Below are positions 9,128 through 21,818 of a stretch of DNA of 64,000 nucleotides, piece by piece. Each line of letters starts with the position of its first letter. The stretch's first letter is position 1. The DNA lies in assembly GCA_027493625.1 (NCBI GenBank), contig JAOSKM010000001.1, positions 20,657 to 84,656 of the forward strand, in the 5' to 3' direction. A program made the translations under genes and the position numbers. The DNA comes from Planctomycetota bacterium. GTDB lineage: Bacteria > Planctomycetota > UBA8742 > UBA2392. The notes under the pieces are model-generated. The model saw nothing but the letters and a program-made list of their open reading frames with translations. It was not told the DNA's origin and did not search any database.

Positions 9128-10521
9128 AGCGCGGCCTCCAGGCCGGCGGCCTTGTGCAGGGTTTCTTCCCACTCGGCCGCCGGATCGCTGTCGGCCACGA
9201 TGCCGCAGCCCACGTGGTAGCTGACGCCCGTCGGCTCAAGCAGCAGGGTGCGGATCAGGATGTTGCTTTCAAAGCGCAGGTCGGGCGTGAGCCAGAACAG
9301 GCTGCCGGTGTAGGGCCCGCGCCGCACGGGCTCGAGCTCGTGGATGATCTCCAGCGCGCGCTTTTTGGGCGCGCCGCTGATGCTGCCGCCGGGGAAGGCG
9401 GCGCGGATCCAGTCAACGGGCGTAACGTCGTCGCGCAGCTCGCCCTGTACTGTGGCTTCCAGGTGGTGCACGCGGGCGTAGCTGTCCACGTGCATCAGGC
9501 TCGGGACCCGCACCGTGCCCGGCTTGCAGACGCGGCCGAGGTCGTTGCGCTCGAGGTCCACGATCATCGTCAGCTCGGCGCGATCTTTCGCCGACGCCAG
9601 CAGCTCTTGCCGCAGGCGGGCGTCCTCGGTGGGGTCTTCACTGCGGCCGCGGGTGCCTTTGATCGGTCGGGTTTCGATGATCAGGGTCTGACCCCTTTTC
9701 ACGGACAGAAAGCGCTCCGGCGAGCTGCTGAGGATCGCGCGCCCTTCGCCGCAGTCGAGAAAGCCGGCAAATGGCGCCGGGTTGGCCTCGCGCAGCCGGG
9801 CGTAGAGCGCGGCCGCATCGGCGCTGCCCTCGCGGCGGACCATGCGGGTGAGATTGGCCTGGTAGATTTCGCCCTCGTAGATGTTGCGGCGCACTTCCTC
9901 CACGGCGCGCAGCCACTGTTCACGGCTGGTGCTGAGCTGCGGTTCAGCCAGCGACACGGCGGCTGGCTGCGGCGGCCGATGCCCGAACAGGATGGTCAGT
10001 TCAGCCGCCAGAGTGTGGATGTCCTCCGGTCCGCCCGGCGCGCCGTGCAACAGGCGCAGCTCGCATCGGCCGCTGGCGTGCTCAAAGGCCAGCGTCCAGG
10101 GGTAGAAGCCGGCCTGCAGGTCGGGAAAGTGCGGGCCCTCCGGCTTGGGCGGCGCAAGCTTCTCGATGAAACAGCGCAAATCGTAGCCCAGCAGGCCGGC
10201 CCAGCCACCGATGAAGCCGGGCGCGGAAACGGGTTCCCGCAACGGGCACTCCTGGCGGGTGAACTCTTCCACGCGCCGGAAAACTTCCAGCGGGTCGCCT
10301 TCCAGGCGCGAAGCCTGGCGGCCGCGTTGCCACACAGCCGCCTGGCCGGTGCATTGCAGCAGCATCACGGGCGCAAACGCAACAAAGCTGTGTGTCGCGA
10401 GCTTGCCGGGCAGGGCGCTGTCGAAGATTGCGGCCCAGGGCTGGCTGGCGGCCAGTGCCAGCAACTCGTTCCATCCGCGGGGTGGCTCGAAGGGCACGGA
10501 CTGGAAAGTCAGCGGCAGCAT
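9124..10521 (-). CDS. pabB: Chorismate-binding enzyme, aminodeoxychorismate/anthranilate synthase component I-like
   Basis: 465 aa with family motifs GEIYQANLTR, SSSPERFL, TRPIKGTRGR, AFPGGSISGAPK, RGPYTGS. The PabB versus TrpE assignment is not resolved. Confidence 0.75.
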   Translation of the reverse strand: MLPLTFQSVPFEPPRGWNELLALAASQPWAAIFDSALPGKLATHSFVAFAPVMLLQCTGQAAVWQRGRQASRLEGDPLEVFRRVEEFTRQECPLREPVSAPGFIGGWAGLLGYDLRCFIEKLAPPKPEGPHFPDLQAGFYPWTLAFEHASGRCELRLLHGAPGGPEDIHTLAAELTILFGHRPPQPAAVSLAEPQLSTSREQWLRAVEEVRRNIYEGEIYQANLTRMVRREGSADAAALYARLREANPAPFAGFLDCGEGRAILSSSPERFLSVKRGQTLIIETRPIKGTRGRSEDPTEDARLRQELLASAKDRAELTMIVDLERNDLGRVCKPGTVRVPSLMHVDSYARVHHLEATVQGELRDDVTPVDWIRAAFPGGSISGAPKKRALEIIHELEPVRRGPYTGSLFWLTPDLRFESNILIRTLLLEPTGVSYHVGCGIVADSDPAAEWEETLHKAAGLEAAL

Positions 10522-10655
10522 GGCCGGAAACTAGCAGAAAGCGTGCGGGAGGGCAGGTCCGGTTCGGGTGGCGGCGGGCAGGCCACTGTTTTCCCGGAAC
10601 TATGCGGGCTGGACGGGTCGTTCAATCGTATAGTAAGGAAGCATTCGGACCGGCT

Positions 10656-11864
10656 ATGGGGTCGATGATGAACATGTTCAAGCGCACGGCGGCGGCACTC
10701 GCCCTCCTGCTGGTGGTTTCCGGCCTGTGCATCGCGCAGGAAGAAGGCGGCGGCTCGTCCGAGGTTGACCCCTCCGAGGCGCCCGCCCTGCGCATGTTGA
10801 ACAAGAACTACATCAGTGAAGACCTCAAGCGCGGCGTGGAAAAGGGCCTCAAGCGCCTCGCTGAGCTGCAGGACGCCAACGGCGCCTTCACCAAGGGCGG
10901 CGGCCAGAACGTGGCGATTGCCATCACCGGCCTGTCCGGGCTGGCGCTGGCCGCGCAGGGCAGCACGCCGGCCAAGGGCCCGTACGCGACGCACATCCGC
11001 AAGGCGATGGATTACCTGCTGAGCTGCCAGGACATCAACACCGGCTTCTTCAGCGGCACCAACGACGGCAGCCGCATCCACGGCCACGGCTACGCCACGC
11101 TGTTCCTGGCCCAGCTGTACGGCGCGGTTGAAGATGAGAACGACAAGAAGCGCCTGGAAAAGTCGCTTGAGCTGGCGGTGAAGTGCATCTCGCTGGGGCA
11201 GACGCCCTTCGGCGGCTGGGGCTACATGCCCACCGACCTGACCTGGGATGAAGGCAGCACCACGGTCTGCTGCATCCAGGCCCTGCGCGCGGCCAGCGAC
11301 GCGGGCATCAAGGTGAAGAAAGAAACCATCCAGAACGCCATCAAGTACATGTACGACATCGCCGAGCGCCGCGTGTTCATGCACAACAACGAAGAGCACG
11401 TGGGCTACACCTTCAAGTACTCGCTGTCATCCGGCTGGAACAGCGACAGCTACGCGCTGTGCGCCGCGGCCGTCACCACGCTGAACGGCATCGGCGTCTA
11501 CAGCGAAGGCGCGACCTGGAAAGAGCACGACATCGGCAAGGTGTACGACGGCGGCCTGCGCTGGCTGCGGTACAAGTTCGACGACTTCATCGGCCGTCGC
11601 AAGAGCGGCCAGGGCAGCCTGGACGTGAGCCACTTCTATTACGCGCACTTCTACGCCTGCCAGGCGATGTGGAACGCGCCCGAGGAAGTGTACTTCGACG
11701 AGTACTACCCCAAGCTGCGCGACCTGCTGCTCGAGGAGCAGAAGCGCAACCCCAGCAACAACGGCGGCTGGCCCAGCCAGAGCTACGGCGAGGCCTACAC
11801 CACGGCGTTTGCCCTGTGCATCCTGCAGGTGCCGTATCAGTTGCTGCCGCTCTACGCCAAGTAG
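10656..11864 (+). CDS. Secreted prenyltransferase/squalene-oxidase (terpene cyclase-like) repeat protein
   Basis: Signal peptide from ATG 10656 (MGSMMNMFKRTAAALALLLVVSGLCIAQ). Alpha-alpha-toroid repeat motifs QDANGAF, FGGWGY, NNGGWPSQ. The part of the ORF upstream of 10656 is Arg-rich junk. Confidence 0.7.
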   Translation: MGSMMNMFKRTAAALALLLVVSGLCIAQEEGGGSSEVDPSEAPALRMLNKNYISEDLKRGVEKGLKRLAELQDANGAFTKGGGQNVAIAITGLSGLALAAQGSTPAKGPYATHIRKAMDYLLSCQDINTGFFSGTNDGSRIHGHGYATLFLAQLYGAVEDENDKKRLEKSLELAVKCISLGQTPFGGWGYMPTDLTWDEGSTTVCCIQALRAASDAGIKVKKETIQNAIKYMYDIAERRVFMHNNEEHVGYTFKYSLSSGWNSDSYALCAAAVTTLNGIGVYSEGATWKEHDIGKVYDGGLRWLRYKFDDFIGRRKSGQGSLDVSHFYYAHFYACQAMWNAPEEVYFDEYYPKLRDLLLEEQKRNPSNNGGWPSQSYGEAYTTAFALCILQVPYQLLPLYAK

Positions 11865-12125
11865 GGAGGGGGACTGTCCCCGCAGTTGGGGACTGTCCCC
11901 GTATTCGAGCCAGAACCGGCGCGTGGCGCGGTTTAGACAGCAAATTACCAATAACCAATTTTCAATTACCAATGACCTCGAATTCGAGCGCCATTGGTAA
12001 TTGGTAACTGGTCATTGGTGATTCGCTGTTCAAGCAGCAACCCTCTCTGGTTCTGCTTCGACAACAGGGACAGTCCCCAACACGCCTTCGCCAAGGCTTC
12101 GGCGTGCAGGCTGCGGGGACAGTCC

Positions 12126-13115
12126 CTATAGCTTTTCCGCGATCTGTTCCCGGAACGTCAGCACTGCCACGCCGGCGAACGCCACCAGTGCGCCTAGCAC
12201 GGCCCGCCAGCTTACCGCCTGCTTGTAGACCACCCGCACGATGGGAATCACCAGCACCGGCGAGATCGCCATCACCGTGGCCGCCACGGCCGTGTTGGTC
12301 CAGGCCACCGCGGCCAGGCTCAGCGTCACGCCGACGAACGGGCCGAATATCGCCCCGGCCGTGGTCTGCCCGAGAGCCTTGCGGTCCTTCAGTTTGCTCA
12401 GCGTTTCGCGGAAACGGCCGATGATGATGCCGTAGCCGACCAGCACCACGGTGCCGGCCAGCGCGCGCAGCAGCGTGCCGAACAGCGGGCTGACGGTCTG
12501 TACATTTGACGTGTCAATACCGGCAGCCGCGTTCAGCAGGCCGGTGGGGCTGGCCATGCCCAGGCCGGCCTTGCTCAGGATCAGCCCGCCCGCCTGGCCT
12601 AAAGCGCCGAGCACGCCCCAGAACACGCCCCAGCCCGCGTGGCCGACAATCTCGCCGGGCTGGCCGCGCTCCAGCACCACCCACATCACGCCGGTGATGG
12701 TCACCACCATGCCGACCACGCCCACCCAGCTCAGGGTTTCGCCCAGCAGGGGCACCATCAGCAGCGCGGCGAAGCCCGGTGCCAGCGCCATGATCAGCGA
12801 GCCGCGCCGCGGGCCGATGATCTGCAGCGACAGAAACAGCGCGGCGTCGCCCAGGGCGAAGCCGACCAGGCCGGAAAGCAGCAGCAAACCCACCTGCACC
12901 AGCGGTGCCGCCGAGAACGCGCCCAAGGCCAGACACGCCAGCGTCAGCAGCACGCAGGCCTGCACCAGCCGGATCTGGTTCACGTGGAACTGGCCGATGC
13001 GCCTTGAGGCCGCGCTGAAGAACAGCGCGGTCATGGACCAGCAGAAGGCCGTGCCGAAGGCGGCGGCCACACCCTGCGCGTCAGCTGAAAGGGCGGTGAA
13101 CACGCGGCGAAGCAT
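12126..13115 (-). CDS. EamA/DMT-family transporter
   Basis: 329 aa with about 10 TM segments arranged as two EamA-like halves. ATG at 13115. Confidence 0.75.
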   Translation of the reverse strand: MLRRVFTALSADAQGVAAAFGTAFCWSMTALFFSAASRRIGQFHVNQIRLVQACVLLTLACLALGAFSAAPLVQVGLLLLSGLVGFALGDAALFLSLQIIGPRRGSLIMALAPGFAALLMVPLLGETLSWVGVVGMVVTITGVMWVVLERGQPGEIVGHAGWGVFWGVLGALGQAGGLILSKAGLGMASPTGLLNAAAGIDTSNVQTVSPLFGTLLRALAGTVVLVGYGIIIGRFRETLSKLKDRKALGQTTAGAIFGPFVGVTLSLAAVAWTNTAVAATVMAISPVLVIPIVRVVYKQAVSWRAVLGALVAFAGVAVLTFREQIAEKL

Positions 13116-13231
13116 GTCTGCGCGCCGCCGCCCGTCAAGCCGTGGTGACGGTGGCTTGCCGCAACTCGCGCCGCTGGCCTGCCGGTTTTCAACCTACTGG
13201 CAATCTTCGTCACAGTCCTATAGTCGAGCCC

Positions 13232-13975
13232 ATGCGCAACGAGATCATTCGCTTTCTCGAAAGCCGGCCGGCGCAGACGGGCGCGAAGTTCTTCACCGCG
13301 CTGGGGCTTGAGCTTTCGGTGCTGGCGCGCATCCTTGACCAGGAAGGCCGCGCCCACCACCGGGCCCTGGCCGCGATCCACGAGATGGAGCACTGCTGCT
13401 TCGGCCAGATCAACGCCTATCTCCATGGCGTGGACGACCTGTTTGCCGCGGACGCATCCGTCGCGATCCTGTACCACTACGCCTCCGAGGCCGGCATCGA
13501 GGACCAGCTTAGCCCGGCCATCCTGCGCGCGCGCAAGCTGGCCTTGCAGGACAACCCGCCGCCCTCGGAGAACGAGTTGCGCGTGCTGCTGGTGGACGAC
13601 GAGCCCACCCTGCGCATCGAGATCAACCGCCTGCTGACCGGCGAGGGCATGGTGGTGTTCGAGGCCGAGAACGGCGCCGAGGGCCTGAACAAGGCGGTCT
13701 GGGTCGAGCCGCACTTGACCGTGGTGGACTGGCAGATGCCGGGCGTCAACGGCCCGGGATTCATCGACGCGTTCCGCCAGACCGACCAGGGCAAGCGCTC
13801 ACGCGTGCTGCTGATGGTGGAGAAAGGCCGCCGCCAGCCGGTGGCCAAGGCGATCAAGCCGCTGATCGATCGCGTGGTGAAGCGTCCCTTCGAGACCGCC
13901 GAGTTCATGGAAGCCGTGAAGGAACTGCTCGCCGCAAGGCGTGATCACAGGCGTTCCGCCACCGCAATCACGTAG
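13232..13975 (+). CDS. Response regulator with an unknown N-terminal domain and a C-terminal receiver
   Basis: Receiver motifs LRVLLVDDEP, TVVDWQMPGVNG, VVKRPF. Start placed at ATG 13232 (MRNEIIRFLE). No DNA-binding output domain is recognisable. Confidence 0.7.
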   Translation: MRNEIIRFLESRPAQTGAKFFTALGLELSVLARILDQEGRAHHRALAAIHEMEHCCFGQINAYLHGVDDLFAADASVAILYHYASEAGIEDQLSPAILRARKLALQDNPPPSENELRVLLVDDEPTLRIEINRLLTGEGMVVFEAENGAEGLNKAVWVEPHLTVVDWQMPGVNGPGFIDAFRQTDQGKRSRVLLMVEKGRRQPVAKAIKPLIDRVVKRPFETAEFMEAVKELLAARRDHRRSATAIT

Positions 13976-14364
13976 CCATCCAGATCCATGAAGTAGGCCG
14001 CGCGGTCGCCCCAGTCGCGGGGCGCCAGCGGCGAGGTGCATTGCGCGCCGGCGGCGTGCATGCGCTCGACCACGGCCTCGAGTTCAGTGACGTGCAGGTA
14101 CAGCTCCGCGCGCGGGCAGCCGTCCGTGGGCCTGCGCGCGCCCAGCGGCTCGCCCAGGAAGTGGCGCGTGTTGCCCTGCGGCATCAAACCCAGCCGCGCG
14201 CCCGCGTTCAGCCGGTACTCCACGTACACCGGCACGTCCACGGTCTTCTCCAGGCCGAACACGGCGTCATAGAAGGCCGCGGCTTTTGCGAGGTCGGCAA
14301 CGTACAGGATGGTGAGTGCAAGATCGGCGGTCATGCGGTTCTCTACGATCGAAGGCGACATCAT
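13945..14364 (-). CDS. VOC/glyoxalase-family protein
   Basis: About 130 aa with a beta-alpha-beta-beta-beta type sequence (LTILYVADLAKAAAFYDAVFGLEK ... DLDGYVIAV). ATG 14334 is an alternative start. Confidence 0.7.
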   Translation of the reverse strand: MMSPSIVENRMTADLALTILYVADLAKAAAFYDAVFGLEKTVDVPVYVEYRLNAGARLGLMPQGNTRHFLGEPLGARRPTDGCPRAELYLHVTELEAVVERMHAAGAQCTSPLAPRDWGDRAAYFMDLDGYVIAVAERL

Positions 14365-14418
14365 GTTCGAGGTGCGGGCAGGCTGCCCGCGCCACTTGCG
14401 GACGGGACGCCCGCGCTC

Positions 14419-16623
14419 CTAACGCACGCCCAGCTCAATGCGTTGCAGTTCCTTGATTTCGTCGCGCAGCAGTGCCGCCGTCTCGAAATCGAGCGCCTTG
14501 GCGGCTTCGTACATCTCCTTCTCCAGCGCGGCGATCAGCTTGGGCACTTCGGCCGGGTCCACCTTGCGCTGCACGCCCTTGGGCAACTCCTCCGACTTGA
14601 TCTCGGGGTACTTGTCGGCCAGCCGCTTCTTGCGGCCTTCCAGCGCGCCGGCCTTCTCCGCGGCCTGCAGGGCGCGGCGCGTGGCGAAATTGGAGCCTCG
14701 TTCGGTGACGGGGCTGCGTTCCTTGCGCTTGCCGCCGCCACGCTTGTTCTTGGCGCCCGGCCATTCGTAATGGGTTACCGTGGCGTCTTCCTCCTCCACC
14801 GTGACGTAGTCGGCCTCGAAGATGCTGCTCAGCACTTCGTCGATCTCGTTGATGATGGTCTGCGGCGTGATGTTGTGCTGCTTGTTGTACTCCAGCTGCA
14901 GCCGCCGGCGCCGGTTGGTTTCCTCGATCGCCGTCTGCATGCTCTGGGTGACTTCGTCGGCGTACATCACCACGCGGCCGTTCACGTTGCGCGCGGCGCG
15001 GCCGACCATCTGGATCAATGAGCGGTGCGAACGCAGGTAGCCTTCGCGGTCGGCGTCCAGGATGCACAGCAGGCTGACTTCCGGCAGGTCCAGTCCCTCG
15101 CGCAGCAGGTTGATTCCCACCAGCACGTCGAACTCGCCCTTGCGCAGGTCTTTTAAAATCTCCATGCGCTCGATGGTGTCGATGTCCGCGTGCAGGTAGC
15201 GCACCTTGATGTCCAGCGAGGCCAGGTAGTTCGACAGCTCCTCGGCCATGCGCTTGGTCAGCGTGCACAGCAGCACGCGCTCGCCGCGCGCGATCACCGG
15301 CCGTACCTGGTCGATCACGTCGTCGATCTGTCCCTTGGCGGGGCGCACCTCGATGGGCGGGTCGATCAGGCCGGTGGGGCGCACGATCTGCTCCGCCACG
15401 TGGCCGAGCGATTTCTCGAGCTCGTAGGGCCCGGGCGTGGCGCTGACGAACACGGTCTGGCGCTTCACGGCCTCGAACTCTTCGAACTTCAGGGGGCGGT
15501 TGTCGCGGGCGCTGGGCAGGCGGAAGCCGAAATCGACCAGGGTGTCCTTGCGCGCGCGGTCGCCCTTGTACATGCCGCCGATCTGCGGCACGGTGACGTG
15601 CGACTCGTCGATCATGATCAGCGCGTTTTTCGGCAGGTAGTTCATCAGGGTGGGGGGCGTGCTGCCCGGCCCGCGGCGCTCGAAGTGGCGCGAGTAATTC
15701 TCGATGCCCTTGCAGGTGCCGATTTCGCGGATCAGCTCGAGGTCGTAGCGCGTGCGCTGCTCGATGCGCTGGGCCTCCAGCAGCTTGCCCTGGGTCTTGA
15801 ACAGCTCGACCTGTTCGGCGCATTCTTTCTCGATGTCGGCGACGGCGGCGTCCAGCTTGCTTTCCGGCGTCACGTAGTGGGTGGCCGGGTAGATCGTCAC
15901 CTTGTCCAGCTCGCCGAGCACTTCGCCGGTGAGCGGGTCGATTTCCCAGATTGATTCCAAATCGTCGCCGAAGAACTCGATGCGGATCACCTTGTCTTCT
16001 TCGTACACCGGGAAGATGTCCAGCACCTCGCCGCGCACGCGGTACGTGCCGCGCTTGAGGTCGAAGTCGTTGCGGGTGTAGGCGATCTCGGTCAGCTTCC
16101 GCACGGCCTTTTTGCGCTGCAGCGGCACGCCCTTTTCGGCATACAGCAAGGCGCCCTGGTAGGCCTCCGGCGAGCCGAGGCCGTAGATGCAGGAGACGCT
16201 GGCGACGATCAGCACGTCCTGGCGGTCGAGCAGGCTGCGCGTGGCGCTGTGGCGTAAGCGGTCAATGCGCTCGTTGATGGCGGAGTCTTTTTCGATGTAG
16301 GTGTCGGTCTGGGGTACGTAGGCCTCGGGCTGGTAGTAGTCGTAGTAGCTGACGAAATACTCGACGGCGTTTTCCGGGAACAGCTTGCGGAACTCGCTGA
16401 ACAGCTGGGCGGCCAGGGTCTTGTTGGGCGCCATCACCAGCGTGGGGCGGTTCACGCGCTCGATCACGCTGGCCATGGTGAAGGTCTTGCCGCTGCCGGT
16501 GACACCCAGCAAGGTCTGGAACGGCGCGCCTTCATCCAGCCCGCGCACCAGTGAGTCGATAGCAGCCGGCTGGTCGCCGGCCGGCGAGTTCTTCGAAACC
16601 AGTTTGAAAGGTATCTGCGGCAT
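14419..16623 (-). CDS. uvrB: Excinuclease ABC subunit B
   Basis: Walker [11 protein letters not shown], helicase motifs, and a C-terminal UVR domain ([18 protein letters not shown]). Start at [10 protein letters not shown] (16623). Confidence 0.95.
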   Translation of the reverse strand: MPQIPFKLVSKNSPAGDQPAAIDSLVRGLDEGAPFQTLLGVTGSGKTFTMASVIERVNRPTLVMAPNKTLAAQLFSEFRKLFPENAVEYFVSYYDYYQPEAYVPQTDTYIEKDSAINERIDRLRHSATRSLLDRQDVLIVASVSCIYGLGSPEAYQGALLYAEKGVPLQRKKAVRKLTEIAYTRNDFDLKRGTYRVRGEVLDIFPVYEEDKVIRIEFFGDDLESIWEIDPLTGEVLGELDKVTIYPATHYVTPESKLDAAVADIEKECAEQVELFKTQGKLLEAQRIEQRTRYDLELIREIGTCKGIENYSRHFERRGPGSTPPTLMNYLPKNALIMIDESHVTVPQIGGMYKGDRARKDTLVDFGFRLPSARDNRPLKFEEFEAVKRQTVFVSATPGPYELEKSLGHVAEQIVRPTGLIDPPIEVRPAKGQIDDVIDQVRPVIARGERVLLCTLTKRMAEELSNYLASLDIKVRYLHADIDTIERMEILKDLRKGEFDVLVGINLLREGLDLPEVSLLCILDADREGYLRSHRSLIQMVGRAARNVNGRVVMYADEVTQSMQTAIEETNRRRRLQLEYNKQHNITPQTIINEIDEVLSSIFEADYVTVEEEDATVTHYEWPGAKNKRGGGKRKERSPVTERGSNFATRRALQAAEKAGALEGRKKRLADKYPEIKSEELPKGVQRKVDPAEVPKLIAALEKEMYEAAKALDFETAALLRDEIKELQRIELGVR

Positions 16624-16685
16624 GCCGGCAGCATAACAACGCCCGCGACACAGATTGGCAATCCCGGGAACGGTGACGGAGTGAC

Positions 16686-16780
16686 GTGGCATTTGCCTCC
16701 GGCGAATGAGTATCGCGCGCCTCCGGCGCGCGCCAGCGGCCGGAGGCCGCTGCCACTCATTCGCTGGAAGCGAATGCCAC
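16686..16780. repeat. 95-bp palindromic repeat element (family A, minimal copy)
   Basis: gtggcatttgcctccggcgaatgagt ... actcattcgctggaagcgaatgccac. The arms are imperfect inverted repeats. The interior is a chain of short hairpins with CTCCGG/CCGGAG loops. The same arms bound the 475-bp element at 18770-19244. Confidence 0.75.
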
Positions 16781-16836
16781 TCGTTCTGCCACGAGGATCT
16801 TAGCTTCGATCGCCTGGCGTCGCTGAACTACCGGCT

Positions 16837-18489
16837 TCAGTCGGCCTTCCGCTGCCAGAAACAGATGCGGGTGTGGGCGAATTCGTCCGGCGACCTGTTA
16901 GCGGCGTAAACGAGGTAGCTGCCCATGACCGCGACGACCCGCTTTCCATCGGTGCTGATACGGGCTTCCAGCGGGTCCCACCTGACGCGTGTGTCGCAGG
17001 GCGGCCGAATCGAAGCGCAGATCTGGCCGGTTTCAGTCGAGACGACGTGGCAGAAGGCATCGGTTTCTTCCATCACGCACCACGACTCGACGGCGTTGCG
17101 TGCGGGCAGGAACTTAGCGGGACCGACGCCGAGGTAAACGGCCACTTTGCCGGTCCGGTGATTCAGCACGCGGTGGTGTTTCTCGACGTCGTGGTACAGG
17201 ATCAGCTCTTCGTCGGCCCGGAAGCCGACGCACATGCCGGCATTCGGCAGCTCCGCGACCATCTTGCCGGACGCTACTTCATACACTCGGATGACATGCT
17301 CGCGGCCGGTACCCGTCCAGAACGAAACTGCCACGAACTTGCCGTCCGCAGAGGCCGCGGGCGTCTCGCGGAAAGTCTTGTTGGTTCCCTGGTACAGTTC
17401 GCGGATGGTTTTACCCGTCTCGACGCCGGCCACCCACACGCGATTGTCGTTGAAAACGATGATCGCATTCCCGCCGTCGCACAGGCAGCCCATGGTGCCA
17501 GGCTGCTCGAGGCGGACGGCGCCTTTCAGTGTTCCGTCTTCAAGGCTGTAGCGCTGCAGCGCATTGTCGCACCTCACAATGAAGTCACCGGCGGATTCCC
17601 GCAGGCCGACCATCCCCGGGTACATGCCGTCGATCAGCGGTGTCTCGAACAGCCGCTCGCCGGTTTCAAACGCGTAGCCCCGTACCTTGGCTTCGACTTC
17701 ACCGTCCTGGGTGATCATCACCAGTGCCTTGCCGCCGTCGGGAGTGAGCCATGGGCCGGCCACGACGGCATTGCCGAATTCGGAATTTGAGACCGACCCG
17801 CATGGTTCGTATTCCAGGCCGGCCGAAAGCTCCGCCGTGCGGGTGTGGCGCTTCTCCTGTTGTTCCAGCAGTGCCTTGTAGTCCTTGAGCAGGGTGCTCT
17901 TGTCGAGATCCGGCCGGCCGAGCTGCCACGCAAGCCACTTGACGAGTTGCTGCTCTTTGGCGCTGCCCGCCGGCTTCAACTTGCTCAACGCGGCGACCAG
18001 CTCGTCCGCGAACTTGCGGCTGAAACCGTCCTGGATCACGCGGCATGACCAGTCCCTGACGGCGCTGTACTCGGCTTCCGTGGCGTCCAGGAACTGGGCC
18101 AGCGCCTTCTTACGCTGTTTGTCGTCACCGTGTGCAATCACGGTGGCTACCGCCAACGCGCTGACGGATGCATCCTTCGACTTCGTCAACTTTTCCGCCT
18201 GCTTGACCACGCCGCCGCATTCGACTGTGGTCGCCAGAGCCAGCGTCCGTTTCAGGACTTCCGGGTCCTTGGACTTTAACCCTTCGGCCAGTAGTTCCTC
18301 TGCCGAGGCGACCGGCAGGCGCTGGAACTGGGGAAGCAGATGGCGATACTCGCCCTCACCTGATTCAAGATATTTGCGAGTCGCAGCCTGGATGGCCGCG
18401 TTGCCTTCTTCCTGCTTCTGGGCATTCGAACACACTGCAAGGCCGAGAAGGAACAAAGCCGCCAGCACAGTTCGACGGGTCATCGGCAT
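16837..18489 (-). CDS. Secreted hypothetical protein (helical-repeat N-half, beta-rich C-half)
   Basis: 550 aa with a signal peptide (MPMTRRTVLAALFLLGLAVCSNAQ). No family recognised. Coding-like composition, slightly lower GC than its neighbours. Confidence 0.55.
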   Translation of the reverse strand: MPMTRRTVLAALFLLGLAVCSNAQKQEEGNAAIQAATRKYLESGEGEYRHLLPQFQRLPVASAEELLAEGLKSKDPEVLKRTLALATTVECGGVVKQAEKLTKSKDASVSALAVATVIAHGDDKQRKKALAQFLDATEAEYSAVRDWSCRVIQDGFSRKFADELVAALSKLKPAGSAKEQQLVKWLAWQLGRPDLDKSTLLKDYKALLEQQEKRHTRTAELSAGLEYEPCGSVSNSEFGNAVVAGPWLTPDGGKALVMITQDGEVEAKVRGYAFETGERLFETPLIDGMYPGMVGLRESAGDFIVRCDNALQRYSLEDGTLKGAVRLEQPGTMGCLCDGGNAIIVFNDNRVWVAGVETGKTIRELYQGTNKTFRETPAASADGKFVAVSFWTGTGREHVIRVYEVASGKMVAELPNAGMCVGFRADEELILYHDVEKHHRVLNHRTGKVAVYLGVGPAKFLPARNAVESWCVMEETDAFCHVVSTETGQICASIRPPCDTRVRWDPLEARISTDGKRVVAVMGSYLVYAANRSPDEFAHTRICFWQRKAD

Positions 18490-18769
18490 CTCCTGGTTCA
18501 GGAAAGGCCGAGTTTAGCGGCGGCGATCCGAAGCGTCCAAGAAAAGCTCATCCTTGCAACGCCCGGTCAATCCCTGAATTCGGGCCCTGCTGGAATCCCA
18601 GGCCGCTCCCCGGGAGGCGAAACTATGCGGTTCCTTGCGTCCCTGCTGGTTCTGCTGCTGCCGGCCGACGGCGCCGAGCCCGTCACGTTCAAGATCGACA
18701 ACCCGGCGGCGCAGGCTACGGCCGTTCGCGTGATCGCGCTGGATGCCACGGTGGGGGAGATGGAGTAGC

Positions 18770-19244
18770 GTGGCATTCGCCTCCGGCGAATGAGTGGCAG
18801 CGGCCTCCGGCCCAATACTGCGGGGTTAAGGCGAAACAGTCGTCGGTTTAGCTCTTTGGCGCGGAGCGCCTGCACAGTGGAAGCCCCCACCGAACGCCTC
18901 CGGGGTTCGGTGGGGGTAATCGGCGGAAGAACGATCAAAGGCGCGGAGCGCCGACACACTCGCGGCGCTTGCCGCGAGGACCGATCGGCCGCAAGCGGCC
19001 GTTGTGCCGGCGCTCCGCGCCTCTCAAACCTCTTTTGCCCGTAACCCCCGCCTTGTTGGCGCCTCGCGTCGCTAGGCGCCAACCGGCGGGGGCTAACAAT
19101 TGTTACGGCGCTCCGCGCCTGACTGCCGATACAATCTGCACGTCGGAGTCTGCCGCGAAACTCCTTAACCCCGCAGTATTGGGCCTCCGGCCGCTGGCGT
19201 GCGCCGGAGGCGCGCGATACTCATTCGCTGGAAGCGAATGCCAC
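18770..19244. repeat. Composite nested palindromic element: family A arms enclosing a family B element
   Basis: The outer arms 18770-18831 and 19163-19244 are inverted repeats related to 16686-16780. The inner element 18858-19119 is bounded by ggcgcggagcgcc / ggcgctccgcgcc and shares about 90% identical segments, in inverse orientation, with 31498-31741. Confidence 0.75.
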
Positions 19245-19248
19245 TTGG

Positions 19249-21782
<2,534 letters not shown>

Positions 21783-21818
21783 GTGTTCCTCAAAGCGTTT
21801 GAGCCGCACGCGGGCGGT

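Noticed and set aside
8235-9239. 334-aa alternative minus-strand frame over the MFS gene. The 364-aa full ORF 8078-9172 was also considered as the complete gene.
   Set aside because: The alternative frame is Arg/Ala/Gly junk. After residue ~310 the 364-aa ORF degenerates into Pro/Arg-rich sequence, while the true C-terminal TMs lie in the 7816-8232 frame.
18770-19244. A possible CRISPR array, also considered for 31498-31741.
   Set aside because: The repeats are inverted and nested rather than direct and evenly spaced. There is no repeat-spacer periodicity and no cas genes.
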